DNA of 64,000 bases. Source: Sphyrna mokarran. Lineage: Eukaryota. The stretch is from positions 38,750,001 through 38,814,000 of the forward strand of contig JAGIQG010000014.1 in NCBI GenBank assembly GCA_024679065.1, read 5' to 3'. This document shows positions 40,691 through 52,907 of the stretch, piece after piece (the first letter of the stretch is position 1; each line of letters starts with the position of its first letter). The position numbers and the translations under genes are program-made. The notes under the pieces are model-generated. The model did no database searches, was not told the origin of the DNA, and was given only the letters and a program-made list of their open reading frames with translations.

Positions 40691-40732
40691 ATTTGCCTGA
40701 CGAAGGCACAAGAGTGTCGAAAGCTCGCAGAT
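40691..40732 (+). ncRNA. Minimal type I hammerhead ribozyme in PLE 3' UTR
   Basis: ATTTGC-CTGACGA-A-GGCAC-aaga-GTGTC-GAAA-GC-TC-GCAGAT. Helix I is ATTTGC/GCAGAT, the core is intact, helix II is GGCAC/GTGTC and helix III is the palindrome AGCT. Predicted cleavage is after C40726. Confidence 0.85.
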
Positions 40733-41369
40733 TTACTATCAAATAAATCGGTTGGATTTAAAATTGGTGTTGCTAAATTCTTACTGAGTTCTTACTACCC
40801 CAGTCCAATGCCGGCATCTCTACATATTGGACATAGGGACAGGGAATGAATGGAGGAAGGATATTTTAGTGGGTAAATATGCTGCTGCTGATCTCAATCT
40901 AGTAAACAGGATCCAAAACTATCAAAGAGCAATTGGAAACTCCAGTGCTAATAAAATGTTACTTGTTCCCAATCTTAAGTCTAGTTCTATAGTAGAACTT
41001 TACAGCCAGGTGGCACTGTCAGGTTGACACTGCCTGGGCATGTCCTTGTTCTACCAATGTCCATATTTATGTTGGAGCCCGTGGCAGGACCCCCTTCAAC
41101 TGTTTCCCGGTTTCACAAATCTGTTGCAAACTTTGCAGATGCGGCATCATGTTTCAATACTGTCTCGGGTGGATAATGTGGAAGGAGGATCTTTAAATGT
41201 ATTAAAATGAATTTAAATGTGGAAAGGTTGGGAACCTCATTAATTCACCAGTGGGAGGTGGAGAAAATCGTTTCCCAAATCTCATGACGTTTTCCCATGT
41301 GGACATTCTCGCTGATGTTGACAATTAATCAGCTTGTGAATGTTGGTGCGAAATCACCCCTCTGGCCTG

Positions 41370-42560
41370 GATTTTCATTTGTGAATCAGTTGCGCAGAGT
41401 CCAGAAAAATACCCGACTCCACAAACGCGACTTCTGAAAATGACTGCCCAGATGTCAGGGGGACAGGCTATATTAGTGTCCCTGGAAGTAGGTAGGAAGA
41501 TTCTCACTGTGGAAATGGACTGCACAGAAGACCTGCCTCAAGGCCTTGGCACTGCATCAAAAATTTAAAAAAATCATATCCCTCTAGCTCTCACTCCCCA
41601 CATCCTCTCATCCCTTACACTTTCATGCCCTATTCAGGCCAACACATGTCACCACATACCCTGTACCAATATCCCAAGGCCCCTTGTACCCTCAATTCCA
41701 ACCTGTGTCCATTTACTCACCCATGCTGAGATTAGATAATATAAAGTTCTCTTAAATATACTTCGACGTGTCTATTGCAGACTATGCTAAATTGAAAAAA
41801 CTCATTTATCAAAAGCCATTTGCTGTAAATACATTCCTTCCACTATATGATGCTTTATAACAACAAACATTGGAATTCATTGTCCCACATCAAGAAGTCC
41901 AGAATCATTTCTTTTTGTCAATCTGTGCAATAGTAGGCATTCTATTGAGATAGTGAATGGTTGTGAATCAGGCATACAGCACTAACCCAATAATTGATAC
42001 CCTCAGACTTATGCAAACAAGTTGAGTGGAATAGCAATCAATGAATCAATGATTATTTTAATATGTTTTATATTTATTCAACGATTTAAACACAAGGACT
42101 TTTAAATGCCTTGGCATCATGACAGCTCTCTTGACAGTTGCTTCTGAAAGTTCCTATTAACATTTTTGATAAGTGTCCTCTTGACACTTTTCACAATTGA
42201 TGTTGACAATTAATCAGCTTGTGTACATTTTTATGCACGTTCATTTCCAAAAGGCAGCTTACCTCTCCCAAAAGTCATTTGATTACCCCCAAAACATGTC
42301 CTTGGGCCATATATAATGAGATAACATGCAACTCTAAAGGGGCACCCTGGCTCTTCAAAGAATGGAGAAAGTTCAGACCTATTCTTACCAAGTCTGATCT
42401 GCGCACCTTTGGTTTCATATTCCCTGGCTACCAAAATTCAACTTTAGCAGAGAAACTGCTGAATCAAATGAATTTAAAAAATAGACGCACATACAAGGCA
42501 CAAACATTCCCCACTCCCAATCCCACAAACATGGAAAGTGCCACGTTTGGGGGTGGAACT
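41370..42560 (-). mobile_element. ~1.2 kb interspersed element, three decayed copies (also ~45640-46930 + and ~51000-52140 +)
   Basis: Shared blocks GAGAGGTAAG.TG.C.TT, AAGGGATTAAGCAC..ATGAAATG (plus-strand copies) and a purine-rich GGCATG tract; boundaries approximate. Confidence 0.5.
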
Positions 42561-45186
42561 TACAGTTTTTAGGCATTTCTTCCATTTTTATCAGGAAGGA
42601 GAGACTGTCTGTCATGGCAAAATTCAGTATTGTTGCATTTTTTGTGGAAAAAATGTAGGAGGTCATCATTTGATTGCTGACACTAAAGTTTGTGCAACAA
42701 TCATCAATATTCGAGTATTTGAAGTAAACACTTTTTTGGTGGGTTTGGGAAGGAAGTGGGAGAATGGGAATATCTCTGGTAGTAAAATACTTAACTAGTC
42801 ACAGCTGATCATGAGAATATTGTGATGATACCTTGCCCGTAAAAAAAAAATGTATTGTCATGTTCTTTGTGCTGTTTCGATTTTTTTAAAAAAAGATGCC
42901 ATTTTATCTATATTAGTAGCCCTGTATTGTTTTACAGCAACTTTCTAATTGCTAGAATGTTTCTTTTTATAATCTGGACTAATATTGTTGTGCTGTTTTT
43001 AGTGGTTCTATCCTAGGTTTTTGCAGACAGGGACTTGATTAGGTTGATTGAAAGCTAAGGTCTTATGCTTTGGTGGAGTAGGCTTACACAGAGAATTCAA
43101 ACTTAGTTATTGTTTAGATACTGGTCGGAAGCTGCAGAGAGAGATAGTTCTTTCCGTGTCTGAGATCTATAGACTGAAGCTTCCAGAGACTAAGTTTAGT
43201 TCTTTGAAATTCTGCTGTTTGAGGATGTATCTTTTTCTGGAAACTGTTGTCTGGATCTCTGCCCAGAGGTGTCAAAAGGCTGGAAATCGAATATCCATGT
43301 AAGCATCTTTTCTTTCTGTATTAACTGATTCTAAAGAAGGGATTTATGTTTATGGGAGACACTGCTAAATTGGAACAAAAGCAAAAGCTGGCCATGAAGA
43401 ATTCTTTGTAATTTTTAAGTATTTTAATCGGTAAAAATAATGCTGATTCTTTTTGTTATATTCTGACTGTGTTCTTAAATAAAGTTTTCTTTAATAAAAG
43501 CTTGCTAGCATGTCGAGTAAAACACCTTATGCTCACCGTAATGCCAAAATCAAATGTAAAAATTGGGGTCTTGTCTAACTGCATAATATATCTTAGAGTT
43601 TCTGATCTTGTTCTTAAAGTATAATAACTTCAGTCTCATTTATATGTCCCTGTGGTAGGTCTTATTTTATCAGTGCTATTAAACTAATGCACAATTTTCA
43701 CTTAAGGAATTATTTATAAAGATGCCGTATTTTTAAGAATGTGTCATTCTACATGAAATTATTGTATAACTTTATTCTGTACCTTCCATTTTTTTAAGGC
43801 ACCAAAGTGGTTATTTTCTTACAGTAGGGGAAGCCAGAACAGATTTACTGTCCACAATGTTGTTTAGGTCAGATACTATCCAATAATTTTTAGATTTTGT
43901 GGTTGAAATGTCTAATTTTACTTTTTCTTTTAGGATTGCCTAATTGCTATTTGCATTGTTTGAAACTGAAATAGTCTTTTAATTACTATGTACCACAGAC
44001 CAACATTCTAACCTCTGAATCAGAAGTTTATTTAGACTCAGATTTAATAACACATCGGCCTGGATTTTAACAGTAATTGAGAGCCACTCCTTTATAGCAA
44101 AAATGGTGAAAGTGGCTGAAAATTGGAAGGCTAGCCCAAGAACACAGTATTTAACATTTTTGCAGGGGCGGGGATGGGCTGAAAGGCTGCGGCCAGGATG
44201 TGAGCATGCTCGGTTCACAGAGATAGTTGCCCATATAAATTAACAGCTGTCTTCTGCCATGTCTAATTTTGTGACCCAGCGGTGTGAAATATGTTATGCA
44301 GAGCTAGACCTGGTGGAAACAGATCAAAGCAAGATGAAGTTTTTGAAGAGGTGGGACACCCCTTTGGATATTATTGCAGGATTTAGGTATCGCTAAAGGC
44401 TTCAGCCAATACAAAGATTCATGAAAGCCAGTCTCCTGGTTAAAGACGTATCTTTATTGACAAACAATTGATGGGGAAATGAGTATTGAGCAGTCCAATG
44501 CCTTACTAAAAGAAAAAGCCTTGAGCATTCAAAGTTACAGTGCATTGGATACATCAATTATATATTTCTCAAGCTTACTTTTCCCACCTTCTGTTAGTTA
44601 TGAACCAGTCATTTTTCAATACAAGTCAATCAATGCTACCTGTCATATATTTTAGCCAATTACATTTTACCCTCTGGCATCATGAGATTTCATTGTTACA
44701 TAGAATCTGGATGCTTACTCCCTCATTGCTGAGCAACTTCTGATGCTTAGCTAAAAGGTCAAAGTTAATGTTCCCACTAACTTTTGCTTACTTCAATGTG
44801 CATTTGGCTGGTTCAGCCATTCTCGTAAATGAGAAAACCTGCATTATCTGGACAGTGTGAACAACTCTATTCATAAAGGAGCTCTGAGATCTTTACTGTT
44901 AGTAGCTTCCACTAATAAGAACTTGCAGGTTCCGTAGTTTCATTGTTCTAAAGATTGTGGTTTGCTTCAACATGCCTCTTATTCCATTAGACTTCACAGT
45001 AATCTGCTTTGGCTACAGCTAAAATACATTAAAAAACCAAAATACATGTTTAAATTAGATTTTTGTTTCAAATCTCATACTTAGTTAAATCTCTTACTGT
45101 GTTCATACTGTTTTCATGTGGACAGTTCCCTGGTTAGACTGAGAGACTGATCTGCGATCATTTCATTTATTTCCAGTATATTATTA

Positions 45187-45502
45187 AAGAACAAAGAACA
45201 AAACAGCATGGGAAACAGGCCCTTCGGCCCAACGAGCCTGCGCCACCACCCCGATGTTCCCACCTCTACCTGCGATCCCTGTCCATGTTTATTGATCTAC
45301 AGATTAAAGACCAAATTTGAGACAATTTAGGGAGAATTTGTTTTGCCAATTAGCTTAAGAGCACATCTTTGGGATGTGGGAGGAAACTGGAGCACCTGGA
45401 GAAAACCCACATAAGCACAGGGAGAATGCACAAACTCCTACAGACACAGGCCCAAATCCATGTATCTGCACAGCACAGCGATAGTCACTGAGCTGTTGTG
45501 TC
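45187..45502 (-). mobile_element. HE1-like SINE
   Basis: TGTGGGAGGAAACTGGAGCACCTGGAG core plus AAAGAAC tail repeats. Confidence 0.8.
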
Positions 45503-47351
45503 GTGGATCAAATGGTCCAGGTCAAGCGTACACTAATGACGTGAAGCACTAGGATACTCTCAAAAAAGATCCAAAAGCAGCCCTCTCACGACCCATCGCG
45601 TGTATGCCTCTTGTTAGACAACAAGGTGGACCAAAGCACCTGTAGGATAAATTATTAGTGACTTAAATCCTGATTATTTGAAATTTTTCTAACCTACAAT
45701 GAATTTCTCCAACAGAAAGAATGCTGGTTCATCTTTGGTGGAGATCAGATGCTCTTGGTAAGGTCAGTTGTCCCTTGGGAGAGGTAAAGTATCACTTTTG
45801 ATTGTTAAAAAAAGGCACAAATGTGCGTAAGAAGTACATAAACTCATAACTGTCAATTCTATTAGAATTGCCAAAAGTGTTCAAATGTTCTATTAAATGC
45901 AACTGTCAAACATTTTAAAATGAAGTGTCAAAGGCAATTGGAAAGCTGTCAAGGCTTTTGAAAGTCTTGACTTTTAAAACTTTGAAAACACTTCTGGAAT
46001 GTTTTTTTAATGCTTATTATTTCACTCTATCTGTTCACATAAACTTAAGGATAATATAGGGAAAGGAATAGACCATTCATCACATCAAGCTTGCTCTGCC
46101 ATTTAATATGGCTGATCAGACACTTCAATGCTTTTTACACTCAATATCCCCATAATCTTTTACGTTATTGTAACACAAAATGTTACCATTACAAAGTTGC
46201 CTTCTCAAACTCAATTAGGGATGGACATGAATGTTCGTCCAGCCAGCAAAAGCTGTATCCCTTGAAAATACAAACAATTGTGTTGCATTAGTAATTTCAC
46301 AACTTGCTGTTATCACCTTCTAACTCACAGTTTGATTGACAGCTGCAAGTGCTCTTAACTTTTTGCTGTTGGGCTATAAATGCCAATTTGCTTTTTTATA
46401 TAAGGGATTAAGCACATGAAATGTTTGTTTTTATAAGGATATAATTGATGGAATATAAATATGGTCAATGTTTTTTCATGAAAAAGTATGTTGTTTCAAA
46501 TTAAATCTACAATAGACCATAACAGTTTCATTTTAATCTCAGCATGGATCCGAGGTCTGTCCATGTTAGATACGAGATCAAATAGCATAGTAGTCGTACG
46601 GATAAATGGTGGTGGGAGAGGTAGCGGTTTGCCTGAGCTGGTACTAAGTTAGGATGGGAGAAGTCAGGGTTACGGGGTGAATGGAGAGGCATGGATTGGC
46701 TTGGAGGGCATGAAGAATGATAGGGGTTGGTTAAAGTGCATTACGAGGCATGCATTGACATTAATAGAGCATGGAGAGTGTGTATGGGGTGTGAAAGATG
46801 AGAGTAGAAGGCCTGTTTTTTAAAACCTTGGACATTGTACCAGAACACAGAGGCAGGTCCTCTCCACAGCTCAACTTCACACCCAGCAGCCTATGCACTC
46901 ATTCAGAGAGAAAATGAAGAAAATTTGAAAGAATGTAAGTAATCCAGGACACTAAGAGAATTATTTACTTCACTGAGAGAGATGTGGAGGCAATGCAGCA
47001 GGAGGATAAACAAAGGAAGATTCCCATTTTTCTAATCACATTCCAGATAGGAAGTAGCAAGAAGATAAAACAAAACCCCATTTGGAGAGGAAATCCATAC
47101 TGGTAAATGTTCCTGCTGTCACTATCAGGAGGTTTACAGTGATAGGAGTCCATTACATTTGCTGCCTTCAGTGGATTGGCAGACAGGCTTGAAAGCAACA
47201 CTTATATTTCAAGGAGCTGCACATTTCATTTATTTGTTGAAAATCTTGCCGTTTTTCAGATGATCATATGCACATTCAGTGTACATTAGTGCATCATGAT
47301 GCATTCACCATGTGTAAAATATCCTATGATAGATTCTGCTCTACTCACTGC

Positions 47352-47605
47352 ATAGAATCCGTACATTGTAGAAGAAGATTATTTGGCCCACTGAACCTGC
47401 ACCGACAATATTCCCACCCAGACCTTATCCTCCTAACCCCATGTATTTACCCTGCTAATCCCCTGACACTAAGGATCAACTTAGCATGGCCTGTGGGAGG
47501 AAACCCATGCAGTCACAAGGAGAATGTGCAGACTCCACACAAACAGTTACCCAAAGCTGGAATTGAACCAGGTCCCTGGCGTTGCGAGGCTTACCGCTGT
47601 GCTGT
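47352..47605 (-). mobile_element. HE1-like SINE
   Basis: CATAGAATCC tail, core and B-box reverse complement GGAATTGAACC. Confidence 0.8.
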
Positions 47606-48949
47606 GATTTTTGACAGATATTGTTCTCTTTGGCATTTTTTTATGGACAAATTTATTTCAAAACATAAATTGAGAATAGATCCTACATAAGTTTGCCAAC
47701 TTTTCCTTTTGTGATTATATAATCAATATAAAATTCAAGGCATGTCATGGCATTACTGATGCATTGACTGGAATGTGTGATTTGCTGGATATCCACTTCC
47801 TTTAATGACTTCCTTGTTAAGTGTTTGTACAATAATGATAATGCACTATTTAAATTAACTGTACAAAATACAATGAGCCTAAGGAGTAAAAGCAAGATGA
47901 TGATGCCATTCCATAAGCTTTCTACTAAATACATTTCCTTATGAGCATGCAGCAAAGAGTCTGGCCTGGTATTTTTGTTGGGCCAACTGGATTGCAGTCA
48001 AGTGGGAAATAAACCATCACTAATGTGCAGCAAGGATATGTCCAGTACTGGATTGTGCTCTGGGTCTAGAAATGCCTATAAATACTGATTTCTACAAGTT
48101 GCAGAGCACTCTGAGGAAAGTATATGCGATGGTTTCGAAATAAGAAAAAGCAATGCATTTCCAGAAATTGCGCTTGAATTAGTGGGCTAGATTGAGAATC
48201 TTGGGCTAGATTGAGAATCCCAAATGCGTATGTGTTTGACCACTGTGAATACCCAAACAGCACCAGTCATATTTCATTCTAAATGGAATCAGGCAAGTCG
48301 CCAATACCAAGTAGTTTAGCCTTTTTAATACTTGCACAAAATATTCTGCTGCTACTTAGTATTGATGGCACAGTTCTTTGTAATAATTTTTCATGAGAAA
48401 TATAAATTGCATGCAGGTGAAAATGTTTTCAGACCTATATGAAAAGCATTTATGTGGCAATCTAACTCAAATTCTTTGTTACCATTCCCAATGAAAAGAA
48501 TGATTAAATTGTTATAACTATTTAGAACATCTAAATGGCCAGTACTTGATAAAATGGAAGTGTTATTATTACCTTACATGGGTGGTCAGGGACAGGAAAG
48601 TGTGATTTGAGTGAGGCAGTTATGGGAAACCAGAAGGAGTCTCAGCCTCTGAAATCATCCAGCAATTTTGAATTTGTCACAGCCTGGGCAAGAGAAGGAA
48701 CAGCAGAATGGATAAGCAAACTGACCACAGCACTGTTGTGCAAGGAGTCAATCAAGATGGGAGGGGTGGGTTTAGTAAAAAGGAATGTTGTTGCAGCTGA
48801 CAACAGTAAGTCAGGAGGATAGATATTACTCTCTACAGTGAAGAGCATAATTCTTGAATACATGTTATCTGCCTGGTGCAAGATCTGGAGGGGAACTTGG
48901 AGTGCAAGAAAGATCCAGCTGTCAAGATCACATAAGTAGCAATGGCTTT

Positions 48950-50200
48950 TTAAAATTCAATTTTACAGGATATGGGCTTCACTGACTAGTTTATTTATTG
49001 TCTATTCCTAATGGTCCTATATATTTCCAAGTCAGGATGATGAGTGACTTGAAGAGGAATCTTCAAGTGGTGGAGTTCCCAGGTATCTACTGTTTTTGTC
49101 CATCTAGATGGTAAGGGCTATGGGTTTGTAAGGAGATGTCTAAGTTTCTGCAACGTATCCTACAGGTGCTGCCACTGTTCATTTGTTTGAATGTTTGCGG
49201 AAGAGGTAGCAATCAAATGAGATGCTTAGTCCTCTATGATGTCAAGCTTCTTTAATGTTGCTGGAGCTGTACTCATCCAGGTAACCAGACAGTATTGCAG
49301 TCTGCTGACTTGTCTTGCCTGACTGACCTTATAGATGAGGGACAAGTGTTGGGGAGTCAGGAAGTGAGTTACTCACTGCAGGAATCCCTAGCTTTGACAT
49401 GCTACATTAGTCATAGTATTTATATGGCTAGTCCAGTTTAGTTTCTGGTCAATAGTAACCTAAGGATGTTGATGGGTTTGCGAGGGTGCAGTGTTCTCAG
49501 CAATGGTAGTGCCAATGAATATCAAGGGCCAATCGTTGGATCCCCTCTTGTTGAGATGGCCACTGCCTGGTACTTGTGTGGTGCACTTATCAGCCCAAGC
49601 CTGAATATTGTCTAGATCTTGCTGCATTTAGACATAAACCCCTTTGGTATCTGTCACAAATGATACTGAATGTGTGCGAACAACCCCATTTCTGACCTTA
49701 TGATGAAAGGGAGGTCATTGATGGTTGATCCTAGGACAATACCCTGAGGAACTCCTGCAGGGGTGTCCTGGAAACTAAAATGATTGACTTCCAATCATCA
49801 CAACATCTTCCTTTGCATCAGGTATCCCTGATTCCTATCCAATTGTACTAGGGCTACTTGATGCCATACTCAGTTAAATCCTGCCTTGATGTCAAGGACA
49901 GTCATTCACGCCTCACCTCAGGCTTTCAATTCTTTAATCTATGCTTGAATCAAGATTGTAATGAGGTCAGTAGCTCAGTGACCCTGGCAGAACCCAAACT
50001 GAACGTCCATGAGCATGTCATCTTTGAATAGTAAAATTTGATAACACTTTTGATGACCCCTTCCACCATGGTACGAATGATTGAGAGTAGACTGTAGGGG
50101 CAGTAATTGGCTGGGTTGAATTTCTGTTTCTCGTGTACAGGACATATGTGGGCAATTTTCCACATTGCTGGGTAAATATCAATGTTGTAGCTGTATTAGG
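48950..50200 (-). mobile_element. CR1-group LINE RT to 3' end, nested in an older plus-strand CR1 (48560-48950, 50480-50900, 52150-52640)
   Basis: WKIAHICPVHEKQKFNPANYCPYSLLSII and VQFGFCQGH motifs. Confidence 0.8.
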
Positions 50201-52739
50201 CATAGGTAGAACCAAATTAAAAAACACAATCACAAAGGTAACGAAGCACAAGCAAATTGCCATAGGGTAAATAAGATCTGAGAGTTAAATGTGAGGCTCG
50301 AAGGTAGGTTTGGAAGAAATGGGTTTTGGCTCAGGAACACTGGAATCTTTACTGGAAAAAGAGGAAGCTGAACTGGGATATTCTTCAATTAAACTATACT
50401 ATGATCAGTGCCATTTCATGCCTTATAACTAGGACTGTAGAGAGCGTTTTAAAGTAAATGGTCAGGTATATGGTTCAAGGAGTTACTGGAAAGTTAGAGA
50501 GAAAGGACAAGCAGTTGTCCATGGCAGCGATTTGGGTATAGTAACCACAGTGTGACTAGAAGGGAACAAATGTACAAACATAACAGTGCACCAGCAGACA
50601 TGATTACAGCAGGGAAATATGGCTTTAAATTAACAGTCGGAGAGAAGAGTTAAGGTAATAGTGCTTCAGAGAGTAAGATCCATACTGGGAAAAGTAAGAA
50701 AAAAAATAACATTGAAGTCACTTTATCTGAATGCATGGAGCATCTGCAATATGTTAAATGAACTAGTGGCATAGAAAGAGACTGAATTGGGAATAAATAT
50801 ACCACACTGCACAACATTTTGAAAGTATGGAAAAGGAGGAAGGATAGGATGACAAGAAAAGTTCTAAGTTTAGAAATCAGGAAATATAATCAGTAGAGAC
50901 TAAGAATTGCAAGGGACAGAAAATGCTGACAGGAGTAGTTTATGCCCCCTAACAATAAATGTTAGGTCATGCATTATACAGCCATGGCTCATGGCAGATG
51001 CAATTTTCATTAGTGAGATGTGCAAAACACAGCTTATGGGCTTTGGATATTTGAAGGAAAGATCTAAAGCTGCCGGAATCATTTTGCAGAATTAAAGAAC
51101 CCTTTGAATGGGTCCAAGTGCACTTTGGGACAAGTAAGATGCCCTGTGGATGAGGTTAAATGCTCTTTGAGAGAGGTAAGTTGTCCTTTCAATTATTAAA
51201 GAATTATTAAGGAACATGTATAAAACATGAATACATTCTTTGGAGTTGTCAAGGAATTTAAATTTCCTAGATCTTGTAAAATAAGCAGCCTGTTGTGACT
51301 ACTTGCAATTTCACCACGTTTGTCAGAAAAAAACCTGTGTGTTATAATTATAGGATTAGTGCTGCATGACTGATTCCTCAACCTAACATTATCAGAATGT
51401 GGGGCCTGGATGTTCAGTGTTTGATTGACTGCTCCAAGTGGTTATAAATTATTTGATGTGGGGTTATGGTTACAAATACTTGTTTTCAAAAGGGATTAAG
51501 CACTTGCATGAAATGCTAGTTTCCATAGGATATTGACCCCAAATCAACATCAGGGATACATATAGCTATGGGGATGATTTGGGGACTCAGGAGTTGGTCT
51601 GACTTGGCACTGAGCTGGAATAGGGCCATAAGAGCATGGGATTTGGTTGTAGAGCCATGGTTTGACCTTGAAGGTCTGTCATGGGGTGAGTTCAAGCTCA
51701 TAGACTAGCATTAGGTACAAGGTGCCATTAGAGGTACGTAGGGGGTTCATGAGGTAACATGAGTTAGTATGAATGGGGCTTGGGGAGTGTGCTTGGCAGA
51801 TGAAGCAGTATGAGGACTGAGAGTTAGAAGGCTATTTTCTTTGTTTTTATGGCTGGAATGAGGTCCCAGAGCACTGAGTTGGGCCTTTTAAATAGCCTGA
51901 CCTGACATAAAACAACCCCTGCAGCTGGCTCCATGTTATTGTGAGGGTGACAGGCCCAGCTCTAGCTATCACCCACTCCCTCCACATCTCTCTCTCTCTC
52001 TCTCCCCCCCCCCCCCCCCGAATGAAAATTCAACTGTCCTGGGCACTTTCTCTTGAGTCTGTTAACGGAGTTGGGAATTTTCCCAAATATGTACTCCTGA
52101 CTCGAAAACACAAATGGAACCTCATGTTTGAAAATAACATGTTTTAATCAAGACTCTTAAAGAAAATCAGATTGCGTAGATTTGAGTGAAGAGAGATCGA
52201 GTAAATAGACCAAAAGATATGGTCATAAATAAACAGTAGGAAACGTATAGAGAAGTAATTCAAAATGTTGAACAATAATATATTTCATTAATAAACAAAA
52301 ACTTTGAGCAACAGACAAATCCATAGCACCCTAAGGAAGTTAAGGACAGTATTAAATTAAAAGAAGAGACTCATGATGTTGCATGGAATAGTAGTAAGTC
52401 TGAGGAATAGGAGTGTCTTACAAACCAACAAAAGCCACCATAAAATTGATAAAAACAAAACAAAACATAGAGTATGACATTAAAGTAACCAGGAATATAA
52501 AAATGGTTTGTAACAGCTTTTACAAGAATATATGAAGCAAGAGAGTAGCTAAGCTACATATTGATCTCTAAGAAGCAGATGCTGGAGAAATTATTATGTG
52601 GAATGAAGAAATAATAGAGACATTGAACAAATATTCTGAGTGGAATTTTCCACTCTGTGCACAGAGTGTTCTCTGAAGTGAGAAAGCTGGTGTGCAGCTT
52701 TTCTGCTGCACAGTTGAACTTTAGCTCCAGATTTAGTCC

Positions 52740-52907
52740 AAAGATGTGTGGATTAGGTTGATTAGTCATGCTAGTGTCAGAGGAATTAACAGGGTAAATG
52801 TGTGGGGTTACGGGAATAGGGCCTGGGTGGGAATGTTGTCATTGCGGAGTCAATGGGCCAAACGGACTCCTTCTGTACTGTTGGGATTCCATGATTCTAT
52901 GATTCTT
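52740..52907 (+). mobile_element. HE1-like SINE 3' half
   Basis: CCAAAGATGTGTGGATTAGGTTGATT...GATTCCATGATTCTATGATTC. Confidence 0.75.

Larger units (their letters stand above)
37716..40824 (+). mobile_element. Penelope-like element (PLE), 5'-truncated, with inverted pLTR arm (subfamily A)
   Basis: RT + GIY-YIG ORF remnants. 37714-38530 is the reverse complement of 39978-40794. A ~30 nt extra tail (TACCCCAGTCCAATGCCGGCATCTCTACA) is present only at the right end. The 11 bp TSD TATTGGACATA lies at 37705-37715 and 40825-40835. Confidence 0.95.

Noticed and set aside
37714-40794. DNA transposon TIRs or LTR/DIRS termini
   Set aside because: The arms are copies of the ORF 3' end and UTR; the protein is PLE RT + GIY-YIG, with no transposase, integrase or tyrosine recombinase.
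42821-43625. Solo LTR (similarly ~12540-15503)
   Set aside because: TG...AATAAA layout is suggestive, but no TSD or paired copy could be verified, so it is not called.
48183-48220. 19 bp tandem duplication TGGGCTAGATTGAGAATC
   Set aside because: An ordinary slippage-type duplication.
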